Shown: piece by piece, positions 6,710 to 14,600 of the stretch
Layout of the letters: each line of letters begins with the position of its first letter
Position numbering within the stretch: the first letter of the stretch is position 1
NCBI GenBank assembly: GCA_964558935.1
Contig: CAZLFP010000006.1
Location: forward strand, 1 to 47,325
DNA length: 47,325 nt
DNA from: an uncultured Gammaproteobacteria bacterium
GTDB taxonomy: Bacteria > Patescibacteriota > Patescibacteriia > 2-01-FULL-39-33
Reading direction: 5' to 3'
Program-made: the position numbers and the translations under genes
The notes under the pieces: generated by a model
Seen by the model: the letters and a program-made list of their open reading frames with translations, nothing else
Databases searched by the model: none
What the model was told of the DNA's origin: nothing

Positions 6710-7879
6710 ATGGATATTCGCAGGGATCACATGCCGCCTTCATTGTTGCAAGAGTATGCAATTAAGGCCGGTCAAGAAGGAGTTGTTAGTTTGGCGATTG
6801 GGCAATCTGAAATGGAGCCACCTTCAGGATTGCTTAACCTAATCGTAGAGTACATTGTCAGAAAAGGCTATGCCCGTTACACGGCAGCGGTTGGAGATCG
6901 AGATGTCAGAAGCAAGTTGGTAGAACTTTTCAGCCGTCTGGGTGTTAAGGATTTGAATGTTGACCAAATAGCTATGAGTCACGGAGCCAAGCTACTGTTG
7001 GACGTATCCATGCGAGCCATGGCTGACATTGACGATGTGGTGATTTGGTTTTCCCCCGGCTATACTTACGGACGAACTGCCAAGCATAACCGAATTGAAT
7101 CCATCTGTTTGCCGACTGCAGATCATGGCTTCCGACCCGATCTGGAAGCTTTGAGCCGAGTGTTGGAGGATTTACCGGCTTGGAAAAAACCGATTGTCAT
7201 CGTTAACAATCCGGTTAATCCGACCGGTTGTGTCTGGCAAAAAGATGAACTTCAAGCTTTGGTGGAAATTCTGGCCAAGTACCGGGCCAAGGTGATTACG
7301 GATGAAACTTATGCTGATCTGGTTTTGGACGGTCCACCGATTACCTGTCTGGGTTCTTTTGATGACATTAGCGATCAAACCATTGTAATCCGTTCCGGTT
7401 CCAAAGAATTAAGAGCTCCGGCTTACCGGATTGGTTACATGGCTGTTCCTTTAAGCTACATGCCAAGAGTCAAGGACATTTTAAACGATTGTGTTGGCTG
7501 TCCTAATCTGTTGGCCAGACTGTCGGCTCCTTTCCTGTTGGAGCATCAAAGGTTCGCTCAGGAACAGTTGCCGGCTTTAAGAGCTAAATGTGGCTTGGTT
7601 GGAGAATGGTGCCGTCAGAATGGCCTGGTTCATGCTCCCATGGAAGGGGCTTTTTACAGCTTCATTGACTTTGATCCGATCTTGCAAGCCAAGGATTTTA
7701 AGGATACGATTGAATTGGCGGACCGCCTGCTGATTGAAGCCAAAGTCGGCATTATTCCGGGGCGAGCTTTCAGTTCGGCTCCCAAGCCGGATTGTGACAG
7801 CTGGGCCAGGATTTCCTTTGCCGGCGATAAGTTTGATTTGGTGGAGGGATTGGAGAGGATTAGCCGTTATATCGGCTGA
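6710..7879 (+). CDS. class I/II PLP-dependent aminotransferase
   Basis: NPVNPTG, SGSKELRAPAYRIGY (PLP lysine context); strong RBS AAGGAGG; GC above backbone. Confidence 0.8.
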   Translation: MDIRRDHMPPSLLQEYAIKAGQEGVVSLAIGQSEMEPPSGLLNLIVEYIVRKGYARYTAAVGDRDVRSKLVELFSRLGVKDLNVDQIAMSHGAKLLLDVSMRAMADIDDVVIWFSPGYTYGRTAKHNRIESICLPTADHGFRPDLEALSRVLEDLPAWKKPIVIVNNPVNPTGCVWQKDELQALVEILAKYRAKVITDETYADLVLDGPPITCLGSFDDISDQTIVIRSGSKELRAPAYRIGYMAVPLSYMPRVKDILNDCVGCPNLLARLSAPFLLEHQRFAQEQLPALRAKCGLVGEWCRQNGLVHAPMEGAFYSFIDFDPILQAKDFKDTIELADRLLIEAKVGIIPGRAFSSAPKPDCDSWARISFAGDKFDLVEGLERISRYIG

Positions 7880-7884
7880 AACTT

Positions 7885-7918
7885 GGTTGCTCCGGATCTG
7901 AAAAGATTCGGGGCAACC
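7885..7918 (+). promoter_or_regulatory. 15-bp hairpin right after the aminotransferase stop (no T run)
   Basis: GGTTGCTCCGGATCT-GAAA-AGATTCGGGGCAACC. Confidence 0.5.
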
Positions 7919-7937
7919 TCATATATAATTTAAAGAA

Positions 7938-7991
7938 ATGAAATATATAATTACAAATTGGTTTTTCTGGACTGATCATCCGGTCGGTTAG
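7938..7991 (+). CDS. leader peptide MKYIITNWFFWTDHPVG (W-F-F-W)
   Basis: 17-codon ORF. Homologous at DNA and peptide level to the 5253 leader (ACAAATTGGTTT, ACTGA). Its last codons CCG GTC GGT TAG form the antiterminator arm. Confidence 0.65.
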   Translation: MKYIITNWFFWTDHPVG

Positions 7992-8014
7992 TTTTTGAAA
8001 TATTTTTTTACTAC

Positions 8015-8037
8015 ACCGACCGTTTGGTCGGTTTTTT
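8015..8037 (+). terminator. attenuator terminator upstream of ligase B
   Basis: ACCGACC-GTTT-GGTCGGT plus T6. 8015-8022 can instead pair with 7981-7988 (8 Watson-Crick bp). Confidence 0.65.
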
Positions 8038-8107
8038 GTTTCCTGGTTTTGTCTTTTAATAGTTAAAAGGCAAAATGCGGCATCAAAAAAATGAGGAGGA
8101 ATCAAAC

Positions 8108-8911
8108 GTGCAGCAGTTCTTGGCTCTTTTCAATTTCAATCCGGATCATGCCTTCAAGGTAGGCGTTGAACGGGAATGTTTTCTAACCAAGAATGGTCAA
8201 ATTGTACCCATGGCTTTTGAAGTTCTAAGCCGGCTCAAGGCCAGTGTTAATGGACGGTCTCATTGCTATGGTTATGAGCTGTCGGCTTGTCAGTTGGAAG
8301 AGAGGACTTCCGGTCCGGTTATTCTGTCCGAGGTTGAAGCGGAATTGGAGCGTAATCATGAGGAGATTACGGCCATTTTAGAACCGCTTGGTTTAAAACG
8401 CTTATTTTGCGGAGCAGCACCCTTTGATGTACCATTGGATGTTTATCCGGACAAGCGTTACCAACGGATTACGTCTGATCAGTCGGTTGAATTTATCCGG
8501 GCGGCCTGTCGGGTGGCGGGTGTGCATATTCTAGTTGGCATGCCGGATGCTCAAACCGCCTTAAGGGTTTACAACCAAGTGATTCGGTATTTGCCTGAGC
8601 TGTTTGAATTGGGAGCTACGCCGGAGAGAATTGAAATCTACCGGCGCGCAGTACTCAAGAGTGAGCGTATTCAACTGTTTGAAGATTATCTGGTTGAAAC
8701 GTCTATTCCACCGGCTTACGCATCCTGGCAAGATTTTTACCACCGGGCAGTGGCAGATGGATTTGATTCTGACCCGCGTCGTTTGTGGGATTTCATTCGG
8801 ATTTCCAAGCATGGTGCCATTGAGTTTCGCACTTTTGACACCACTCAATCGATTCAACAAGTGCAAGATTGGGCCCATTACTGTTGGCAACTGTGTTTGA
8901 ACGCCGCCTAA
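8108..8911 (+). CDS. short GCS2/amidoligase-like carboxylate-amine ligase, paralog B
   Basis: GTG 8 nt after GGAGG preferred over the in-frame ATG 8075. Shares FxFxPxHAxKxGxERE, SHCxGxE, EER, VHILxGMPDxxTAxRVY and IRISKxGAIEFRxFDTT with the 2782..3576 protein. Confidence 0.55.
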   Translation: MQQFLALFNFNPDHAFKVGVERECFLTKNGQIVPMAFEVLSRLKASVNGRSHCYGYELSACQLEERTSGPVILSEVEAELERNHEEITAILEPLGLKRLFCGAAPFDVPLDVYPDKRYQRITSDQSVEFIRAACRVAGVHILVGMPDAQTALRVYNQVIRYLPELFELGATPERIEIYRRAVLKSERIQLFEDYLVETSIPPAYASWQDFYHRAVADGFDSDPRRLWDFIRISKHGAIEFRTFDTTQSIQQVQDWAHYCWQLCLNAA

Positions 8912-8915
8912 ATTA

Positions 8916-8948
8916 ACAGGAGATGATCTTGAGTCATCTCCTGTTTTC
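8916..8948 (+). terminator. intrinsic terminator
   Basis: perfect 11-bp stem ACAGGAGATGA/TCATCTCCTGT then TTTCTCTT. Confidence 0.7.
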
Positions 8949-8950
8949 TC

Positions 8951-8979
8951 TTGAAATTGTATCTTATATATGCTATACT
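8951..8979 (+). promoter_or_regulatory. promoter of the tRNA Pro-Pro-Gly cluster
   Basis: TTGAAA -17 nt- (TGC)TATACT. Confidence 0.55.
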
Positions 8980-8996
8980 CCAGATGTTGCAGATGC

Positions 8997-9070
8997 CGGG
9001 GTATAGCTCAGTTGGCTAGAGCGCTACGTTCGGGACGTAGAAGTCGTCCGTTCAAGTCGGATTACCCCGA
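8997..9070 (+). tRNA. tRNA-Pro (anticodon CGG)
   Basis: Acceptor CGGGGTA/TACCCCG, anticodon arm CTACG-TTCGGGA-CGTAG. Confidence 0.9.
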
Positions 9071-9079
9071 TTGGAATAA

Positions 9080-9153
9080 CGGGCTGTAGCTCAGTTGGCT
9101 AGAGTGCGCGCATGGGGTGCGTGAGGTCGTGGGTTCAAGTCCCGCCAGCCCGA
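9080..9153 (+). tRNA. tRNA-Pro (anticodon GGG)
   Basis: Acceptor CGGGCTG/CAGCCCG, anticodon arm CGCGC-ATGGGGT-GCGTG. Confidence 0.8.
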
Positions 9154-9162
9154 TATGTATTT

Positions 9163-9235
9163 GCGGGTATAGTATAATGGTTTATTATGCCAGCCTTCCA
9201 AGCTGGAGATACGGGTTCGATTCCCGTTACCCGCT
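9163..9235 (+). tRNA. tRNA-Gly (anticodon UCC)
   Basis: Acceptor GCGGGTA/TACCCGC, anticodon arm CCAGC-CTTCCAA-GCTGG. Confidence 0.85.
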
Positions 9236-9312
9236 TAAGTTAGTTTTAGATATCTCTATTTGTTTCATAAAAAGCTATGGATATTAGCATAAATATTGCT
9301 TGACAACCCAGC

Positions 9313-9341
9313 TTGACACATAAAAGGCCTTTTGCTAAGTT
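9313..9341 (+). promoter_or_regulatory. candidate promoter
   Basis: TTGACA -17 nt- (TGC)TAAGTT. Confidence 0.4.
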
Positions 9342-9368
9342 GATCTAATTCTGTTTTTAAAGAATTAT

Positions 9369-9872
9369 ATGGATCCATTTAGTCGAAAGGCTTTTTATTT
9401 CGGAGTTATGGCGCTCTTATGGCAATGGTTGTTTCCGCAATATGCCTGTGCCCAAGCTCCGGATAATCAATATTATATTCAATCCAGCATGCTGGCTGTG
9501 GCTAATTTATCTCAGCCCGAGTTGCATGATCCGCATGCCTATATTGAACCGCAGCGCTTGGTTAGAGCTGAAGATAGACAGCCCAAAAGAGTGATTTGGA
9601 TGGAAGTTACAGCTTATTCTTCCACTGTGGATCAGTGTGATTCCACTCCTTTTATCACCGCCAATGGCTCGCATGTCAAAGATGGTATTGTGGCTGCCAA
9701 TTCTCTGCCGTTTGGAACCAAAGTCAGGATTCCCGGCATGTATGGTGACAAGATCTTCAGTGTTGAAGACCGGATGAACAAAAAATATGATCATAGGCTG
9801 GATATTTGGATGGAAACTCGGCAAGAAGCTAAACAGTTTGGGGTCAGATATCTACAGATTGAGATATATTAA
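9369..9872 (+). CDS. secreted 3D-domain (MltA/RlpA-like double-psi barrel) protein
   Basis: signal peptide ...YACAQA; VTAYSS..DQCDSTPFITANG...FGTKVRIPG...VEDRMN...LDIWM. Confidence 0.7.
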   Translation: MDPFSRKAFYFGVMALLWQWLFPQYACAQAPDNQYYIQSSMLAVANLSQPELHDPHAYIEPQRLVRAEDRQPKRVIWMEVTAYSSTVDQCDSTPFITANGSHVKDGIVAANSLPFGTKVRIPGMYGDKIFSVEDRMNKKYDHRLDIWMETRQEAKQFGVRYLQIEIY

Positions 9873-9895
9873 AACACTCCTTCAAGGAGTGTTTT
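9871..9895. terminator. bidirectional terminator
   Basis: AAAACACTCC-TTCAA-GGAGTGTTTT. Confidence 0.6.
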
Positions 9896-9901
9896 AGTTT
9901 G

Positions 9902-9974
9902 AGGCCTGGGCGGGATTTGAACCCGCGATAATGGTTTTGCAGACCACTGCCTTAGACCACTTGGCTACCAGGCC
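9902..9974 (-). tRNA. tRNA-Cys (anticodon GCA)
   Basis: Acceptor GGCCTGG/CCAGGCC, anticodon arm GTGGT-CTGCAAA-ACCAT. Confidence 0.85.
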
Positions 9975-10033
9975 TTAATTCATGTCCAACTGAAACAGAT
10001 TTTAACATATATTGTCATAAATTTCAATCTACC

Positions 10034-10062
10034 TTGATTTTATGACTCTTTTTTGGTATACT
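10034..10062 (+). promoter_or_regulatory. infB promoter (leaderless layout)
   Basis: TTGATT -17 nt- TATACT, 8 nt before ATG 10071. Confidence 0.55.
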
Positions 10063-10070
10063 CTTTAAGT

Positions 10071-12050
10071 ATGAATGTAACAGAATTGGCTAGACAATTA
10101 AAAGTAACCACTGAGGAGCTGTTTGACAAACTGCCTCATCTTGGTTTTGATCTTGGCAGACGTGCCATTAAAGTGGATGACAAGATTGCCAACAAGATTA
10201 TTGAAGCCTGGAAAAGACAGGCTAAGATAGAAAATCAGAAGAAGAAAATAGCTGAGATTAGAGGTGAGGCAAAAAAGACCGAAGAAGTTGAGACTGACCA
10301 GCCAGTTAAAACCGTAGCCATCCCGAGTGTTTTAACGGTGAGAGAGTTTGCAGATAAATTAAAAATGCCCATTAACCAGATTTTGACTGAACTGATGAAA
10401 AATGGCGTTTTAGCCTCCATGAATGAAAGAATTGACTATGAGACAGCCAATATCGTAGGAGAAGAATTGGGTTTCCAGATTACAGAAGACCAAACAGACA
10501 ATAGCGACCAAGCTTCAGTTGTCGGCCAGAACAAGCTGAAAGAATCTTTGAAAACAGATACGGATTTAGTGGCTAGACCACCGGTTGTAGTAGTGATGGG
10601 CCATGTCGATCATGGCAAGACCAAGATTTTAGATTCCATTCGGGAAACCGATGTGGTAGCCGGTGAATCTGGTGGTATTACTCAGCATATTGGTGCTTAC
10701 CAAATTCATAAAAATGACAGATTAATCACTTTCATAGACACACCGGGTCATGAAGCTTTTACAGCTATGCGATCTAGAGGAGCCAGGGTGGCGGATATTG
10801 CCATTTTAGTCATTGCAGCAGATGATGGTATTAAGCCTCAGACCAAAGAAGCGATTAAAATTATTCAGGACGCAAAGATTCCTTTTGTGGTGGCAATTAA
10901 CAAAATCGACAAGCCGGAAGCAAATATTGAAAAGGTAAAACAGGAGTTGGCCAGTTTAAATTTATTACCTGAAGACTGGGGAGGCCAAGTCATTACCGTA
11001 CCGGTTTCAGCAATAAATGGTACCGGCATTAACGATTTATTGGAAACGGTGTTGTTAATGGCGGATATGGAAAAAGAATCCATTATGGCTAATTCTCAGC
11101 GTTTGGCCATTGGTACCATTGTGGAATCTCATGTAGATAAATCCGAAGGTCCGGTCGCCACCATTTTGGTTCAAGCCGGTACTCTTAAAGTGGGAGATCA
11201 GCTGGCCATGAATAACAGCTTGCTGGGCAAGGTCAGAGTGCTTAAGGACTACACCGGTCATACTGTTGATCAAGCGCTGCCGGGTACACCTGTTAAAATT
11301 CAGGGTTTAAAGTTGGCTCCGGAAGTCGGCTCTGTTTTGGAGGTGCCAGCCAATGTGAAAAATTTAAATAGAAATATTAAACAACAGCAAATACATCAGT
11401 CAAAAGATTTTTCTACCACAATTGCTCGCAGTGGAGAGGATGAGGGTGTACAGTATATTAATATAATAATCAAAGCTGATGTTTTGGGATCGGTTGAAGC
11501 AATTATTGAGTCTTTGGCCAAACTGGAAACTGATCAAATTAAGGTTAAGATTATCAGCAAAGGTTTAGGCACGATTACCGAAACCGATGTCTTAAGAGCA
11601 GAAGCTACTCAATCTAAGCTGATTGGTTTTCATGTTAAGCCGACAGTGGCGGTGAATGATTTAGCCAGAGACAAAGGTGTGGAGATTAAATATTATGAAG
11701 TCATTTACCATCTTATTGAAGAGATTGAAAAAGAAATTCAATCTTTAAAGAAGAAAGAAGTGGTTAATCTCTTAATTGGTAAATTAGAAGTATTAAAAAT
11801 ATTCAGAAAAGAAGCTAAAAACATGGTTATTGGGGGTAGAGTGATTGAAGGTGGACTATGTTTATGTGACCCGGTAATTGTGACCCGTCAGGGTGAAGCT
11901 ATTGGTTCCGGTCAGGTCAACCGTTTGGAATGTGCCAAACAGCAAGTTGACCAAGTCGGTTCCGGACAAGAGTGTGGTCTAAGCTACGAAGGTGATCCGG
12001 TCATTGAAGAAGGAGATGTTTTGGAATTCTACAAACAGGAAACAAAATAA
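10071..12050 (+). CDS. infB: translation initiation factor IF-2
   Basis: GHVDHGKT, DTPGH and NKID GTPase motifs. ATG 10071 preferred over the track TTG 10053, which lies inside the promoter. Confidence 0.9.
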   Translation: MNVTELARQLKVTTEELFDKLPHLGFDLGRRAIKVDDKIANKIIEAWKRQAKIENQKKKIAEIRGEAKKTEEVETDQPVKTVAIPSVLTVREFADKLKMPINQILTELMKNGVLASMNERIDYETANIVGEELGFQITEDQTDNSDQASVVGQNKLKESLKTDTDLVARPPVVVVMGHVDHGKTKILDSIRETDVVAGESGGITQHIGAYQIHKNDRLITFIDTPGHEAFTAMRSRGARVADIAILVIAADDGIKPQTKEAIKIIQDAKIPFVVAINKIDKPEANIEKVKQELASLNLLPEDWGGQVITVPVSAINGTGINDLLETVLLMADMEKESIMANSQRLAIGTIVESHVDKSEGPVATILVQAGTLKVGDQLAMNNSLLGKVRVLKDYTGHTVDQALPGTPVKIQGLKLAPEVGSVLEVPANVKNLNRNIKQQQIHQSKDFSTTIARSGEDEGVQYINIIIKADVLGSVEAIIESLAKLETDQIKVKIISKGLGTITETDVLRAEATQSKLIGFHVKPTVAVNDLARDKGVEIKYYEVIYHLIEEIEKEIQSLKKKEVVNLLIGKLEVLKIFRKEAKNMVIGGRVIEGGLCLCDPVIVTRQGEAIGSGQVNRLECAKQQVDQVGSGQECGLSYEGDPVIEEGDVLEFYKQETK

Positions 12051-12388
12051 TGTCAGACAGAATTCTCAAAGTTAATCAATTGATCAGACAGGCTTTGGGT
12101 CGGATTATAACTGAGGAGATAGAATTGCCGGCTAATACCATTTTGACCATTACCGGCGTTAAAACTGCCAGTGATCTGTCTCAAGCTAAAGTTTTTGTGA
12201 GTGTGATACCTGAAAGTCATGAGTACAAAGTGATGGGTATTTTAATTAAAGCAGCCAAGCATTTGCATTACTGCTTGAACCAAGAGGTTGTTTTAAAGAA
12301 AATTCCCAAATTGATTTTTGTGCCAGATCATACAGAAAACCAAGCTGAAGATATAGATAAGTTATTGGATAATCTACAGTTGAAATAA
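12050..12388 (+). CDS. rbfA: ribosome-binding factor A
   Basis: RbfA-like KH fold sequence (VTITGVKTASDLSQAKVFVS), start overlaps the infB stop. Confidence 0.8.
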   Translation: MSDRILKVNQLIRQALGRIITEEIELPANTILTITGVKTASDLSQAKVFVSVIPESHEYKVMGILIKAAKHLHYCLNQEVVLKKIPKLIFVPDHTENQAEDIDKLLDNLQLK

Positions 12389-12391
12389 AAT

Positions 12392-12420
12392 AATCCCGTT
12401 CTCGAATGAGAACGGGATTT
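12392..12420. terminator. bidirectional terminator
   Basis: AATCCCGTTCTC-GAAT-GAGAACGGGATT. Confidence 0.7.
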
Positions 12421-12423
12421 AGG

Positions 12424-13392
12424 TTAATTCGGAAACAGCCTTAAACCCTGACGGATCAGGGATTGGACGCGCCAAGGCCTGAGAATAGCAGCGCAACCCA
12501 AGGAGATACCGTCTGCGCCGGCCAAGTGGTAGTCATAAATATCTCGGACGGACAGAATGCCACCCCCGGCAATTAACGGCTTGGATCCTCCGGCTGACTT
12601 AACCTGTTTGACTAGTTGAATCACAATTGGCAGTAAGGGTTTACCGGACAAACCACCGCCACCTAAGTCGGCTAGAGGTGATTCTGCTGTTTTAAACAGG
12701 GTTGGCCAGTCTATTTCACCCTTACCCCAAGGCATGGTATTGGAAATTCCGATGACGTCACAGTAGGGTGAACGGTCAGCTGCCAATATGGCATCGATTG
12801 GACCAAGCGGACCGAAATTTGCCATAACAGGTATGGGCAGATCGGTAAAAATCTCAATCGTATCCAAGATTTCTTGAGCCAGCTTCACAGGATCTTCACC
12901 GGTGTTGGGACAGCCGGCATTAATCTGGATGCCAAAAGGCGCTTTGAAATCAGACAGCTCGCAATCTGAGAAAAGCTGAGCCATCTGACTGTACTCGTAC
13001 AGACGTTCAGTTTTGCCTTTAGTGACAGACATGATGGAAATCCAGAAGGGTTGGGTTCTCTCCTTCCAAGCTGGTTGAGCGAGTAGAAATGTCAAGCCGG
13101 GACCGGACAATCCAACTGAATTCAACACCAAGCCTTTGACTGGATACACTCGAATGCATTTTGGCATCCAAGCTTCGGGCGTAATACCATCTGGTTTAAG
13201 TGGCATATTGCCCGGCCTGGGCATAAGAGTGGTGGTTTTTGACACAAAAACAGCACCCTGAAAATTCGGTTTTAAAGGTCCAAGCCAACGATGAAACCAG
13301 TAACCTTCTCCCCAAAAGCCCTGAGCTCCGGATGAGGTAAAAACATTGCTGAAAGTCACTTTCTGTTGCAGATGCTTGTGCCAGAGTTGCAT
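12424..13392 (-). CDS. dihydroorotate dehydrogenase-like FMN TIM-barrel oxidoreductase
   Basis: KTTTLMPRPGN, NSVGLSGPG, INAGCPN, GGGGLSGKPL, AGGGI...GADGISLG. Start set to ATG 13392, 4 nt after AAGGAGGG. GC above backbone. Confidence 0.65.
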   Translation of the reverse strand: MQLWHKHLQQKVTFSNVFTSSGAQGFWGEGYWFHRWLGPLKPNFQGAVFVSKTTTLMPRPGNMPLKPDGITPEAWMPKCIRVYPVKGLVLNSVGLSGPGLTFLLAQPAWKERTQPFWISIMSVTKGKTERLYEYSQMAQLFSDCELSDFKAPFGIQINAGCPNTGEDPVKLAQEILDTIEIFTDLPIPVMANFGPLGPIDAILAADRSPYCDVIGISNTMPWGKGEIDWPTLFKTAESPLADLGGGGLSGKPLLPIVIQLVKQVKSAGGSKPLIAGGGILSVRDIYDYHLAGADGISLGCAAILRPWRVQSLIRQGLRLFPN

Positions 13393-13466
13393 GCTTCCCT
13401 CCTTTGGTTGGATAACTTTGGCTGGTACTAGGTTAGCAGATATTCTGTCGGCTGGCAAATGTGAAA

Positions 13467-13495
13467 TTGACAAACCGATTGGATCCGGTTAAGAT
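13467..13495 (+). promoter_or_regulatory. pyrC promoter
   Basis: TTGACA -17 nt- TAAGAT; the leader has an 8-bp hairpin AATCACTT/AAGTGATT. Confidence 0.45.
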
Positions 13496-13552
13496 ATGTT
13501 AATCACTTATGGGAAGTGATTTGAGGCTATTTGTTACTCAGGAGGGAAAAAC

Positions 13553-14593
13553 ATGCAGGAAGAAGTGATCTTAAGACGCCCGGATGATTGGCACGTACAT
13601 CTAAGATCTGGCGGTCTGTGCTATACGGCCAGTCTGTTTACGGCCAGAGTTTTTGCCAGAGCCATGGTCATGCCCAATTTAACAGACCAGGGCATGGTTT
13701 TAACGGCTGAACACATTCGCAAGTACCGAGCGGAGATTATGCAGAATGTATCTATTCTGCCTCACGATTTTGAACCGCTGATGACGGTCAGGCTAACTCC
13801 TCAGACCAAACCAGCTGACATTGAAAACTGTCAACAGGCTGGGGCGGTAGCGGCCAAACTGTATCCGGACGGGGTTACCACCGGATCTCAGGGCGGTATC
13901 AAAGATATTCGGTGTTTGGATGAGGTGTTGTCGGCCATGCAGGACCTGGACTTGGTCTTGTCGATCCACGCAGAAAAACCCAATTCAACCATTTGGGAAG
14001 CAGAAGCGGATTACATTCCGACTTTAGCCAAGCTCATTGAGCGTTTTCCCAAGCTCAGGATTGTCATTGAACATCTGTCTGACCATCGGATGGTAGACTT
14101 CTTTGTGACTACTCCTGAGACGGTGGCAGCTACAGTCACTCTGCATCACTTGTTGCTGACTTGTGACCGGGTCATGGAAAATGACCGAGTGGCTTATCCG
14201 CATCACTATTGCAAACCGGTTGCCAAACAGAATGAAGATCGAAACGCCTTAATTGAATTGGTACTGTCTCAACATCCCAGGGTCTTCTTTGGGAGTGATT
14301 CAGCGCCTCACCCCATGTTTAAGAAGTGTCATCCGCAACCGGCAGCTGGCGTTTTCTCTTCACCGGTTGTGTTGCCGATCTTGGTTGAGATTTTTAACCG
14401 CGTCGGTGAATACCATGTTCTGGACGATTTTCTGAGCTTGCATGGAGCGATGTTCTATCGTTTACCCATTAATGCTCAGACGATTAAACTCAAAAAGGCC
14501 AAGTGGCAAGTGCCTGAAACCATTGATTATCCGTGTGGCTGTGTTGTACCCTTTATGGCCGGCAAACAGATCGGCTGGAAAATCATGGATTAA
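13553..14593 (+). CDS. pyrC: dihydroorotase, class II (E. coli type)
   Basis: N-terminal RPDDWHVHLR metal motif, AKLYP, SIHAE, FGSDSAPH; RBS AGGAGGG. Confidence 0.85.
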   Translation: MQEEVILRRPDDWHVHLRSGGLCYTASLFTARVFARAMVMPNLTDQGMVLTAEHIRKYRAEIMQNVSILPHDFEPLMTVRLTPQTKPADIENCQQAGAVAAKLYPDGVTTGSQGGIKDIRCLDEVLSAMQDLDLVLSIHAEKPNSTIWEAEADYIPTLAKLIERFPKLRIVIEHLSDHRMVDFFVTTPETVAATVTLHHLLLTCDRVMENDRVAYPHHYCKPVAKQNEDRNALIELVLSQHPRVFFGSDSAPHPMFKKCHPQPAAGVFSSPVVLPILVEIFNRVGEYHVLDDFLSLHGAMFYRLPINAQTIKLKKAKWQVPETIDYPCGCVVPFMAGKQIGWKIMD

Positions 14594-14600
14594 ACGTTTC

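Noticed and set aside
8075-8107. ATG 8075 as the start of ligase B
   Set aside because: It has no RBS. GTG 8108 has GGAGG 8 nt upstream and gives an N-terminus that aligns with paralog A. ATG 8075 remains possible.
10053-10070. TTG start for infB given by the ORF track
   Set aside because: It lies inside the predicted -10 region (TATACT at 10057-10062). ATG 10071 fits a leaderless start.
13393-13473. N-terminal extension of the pyrD-like ORF
   Set aside because: The extension overlaps the pyrC promoter region. The internal ATG 13392 has a perfect AAGGAGGG RBS.
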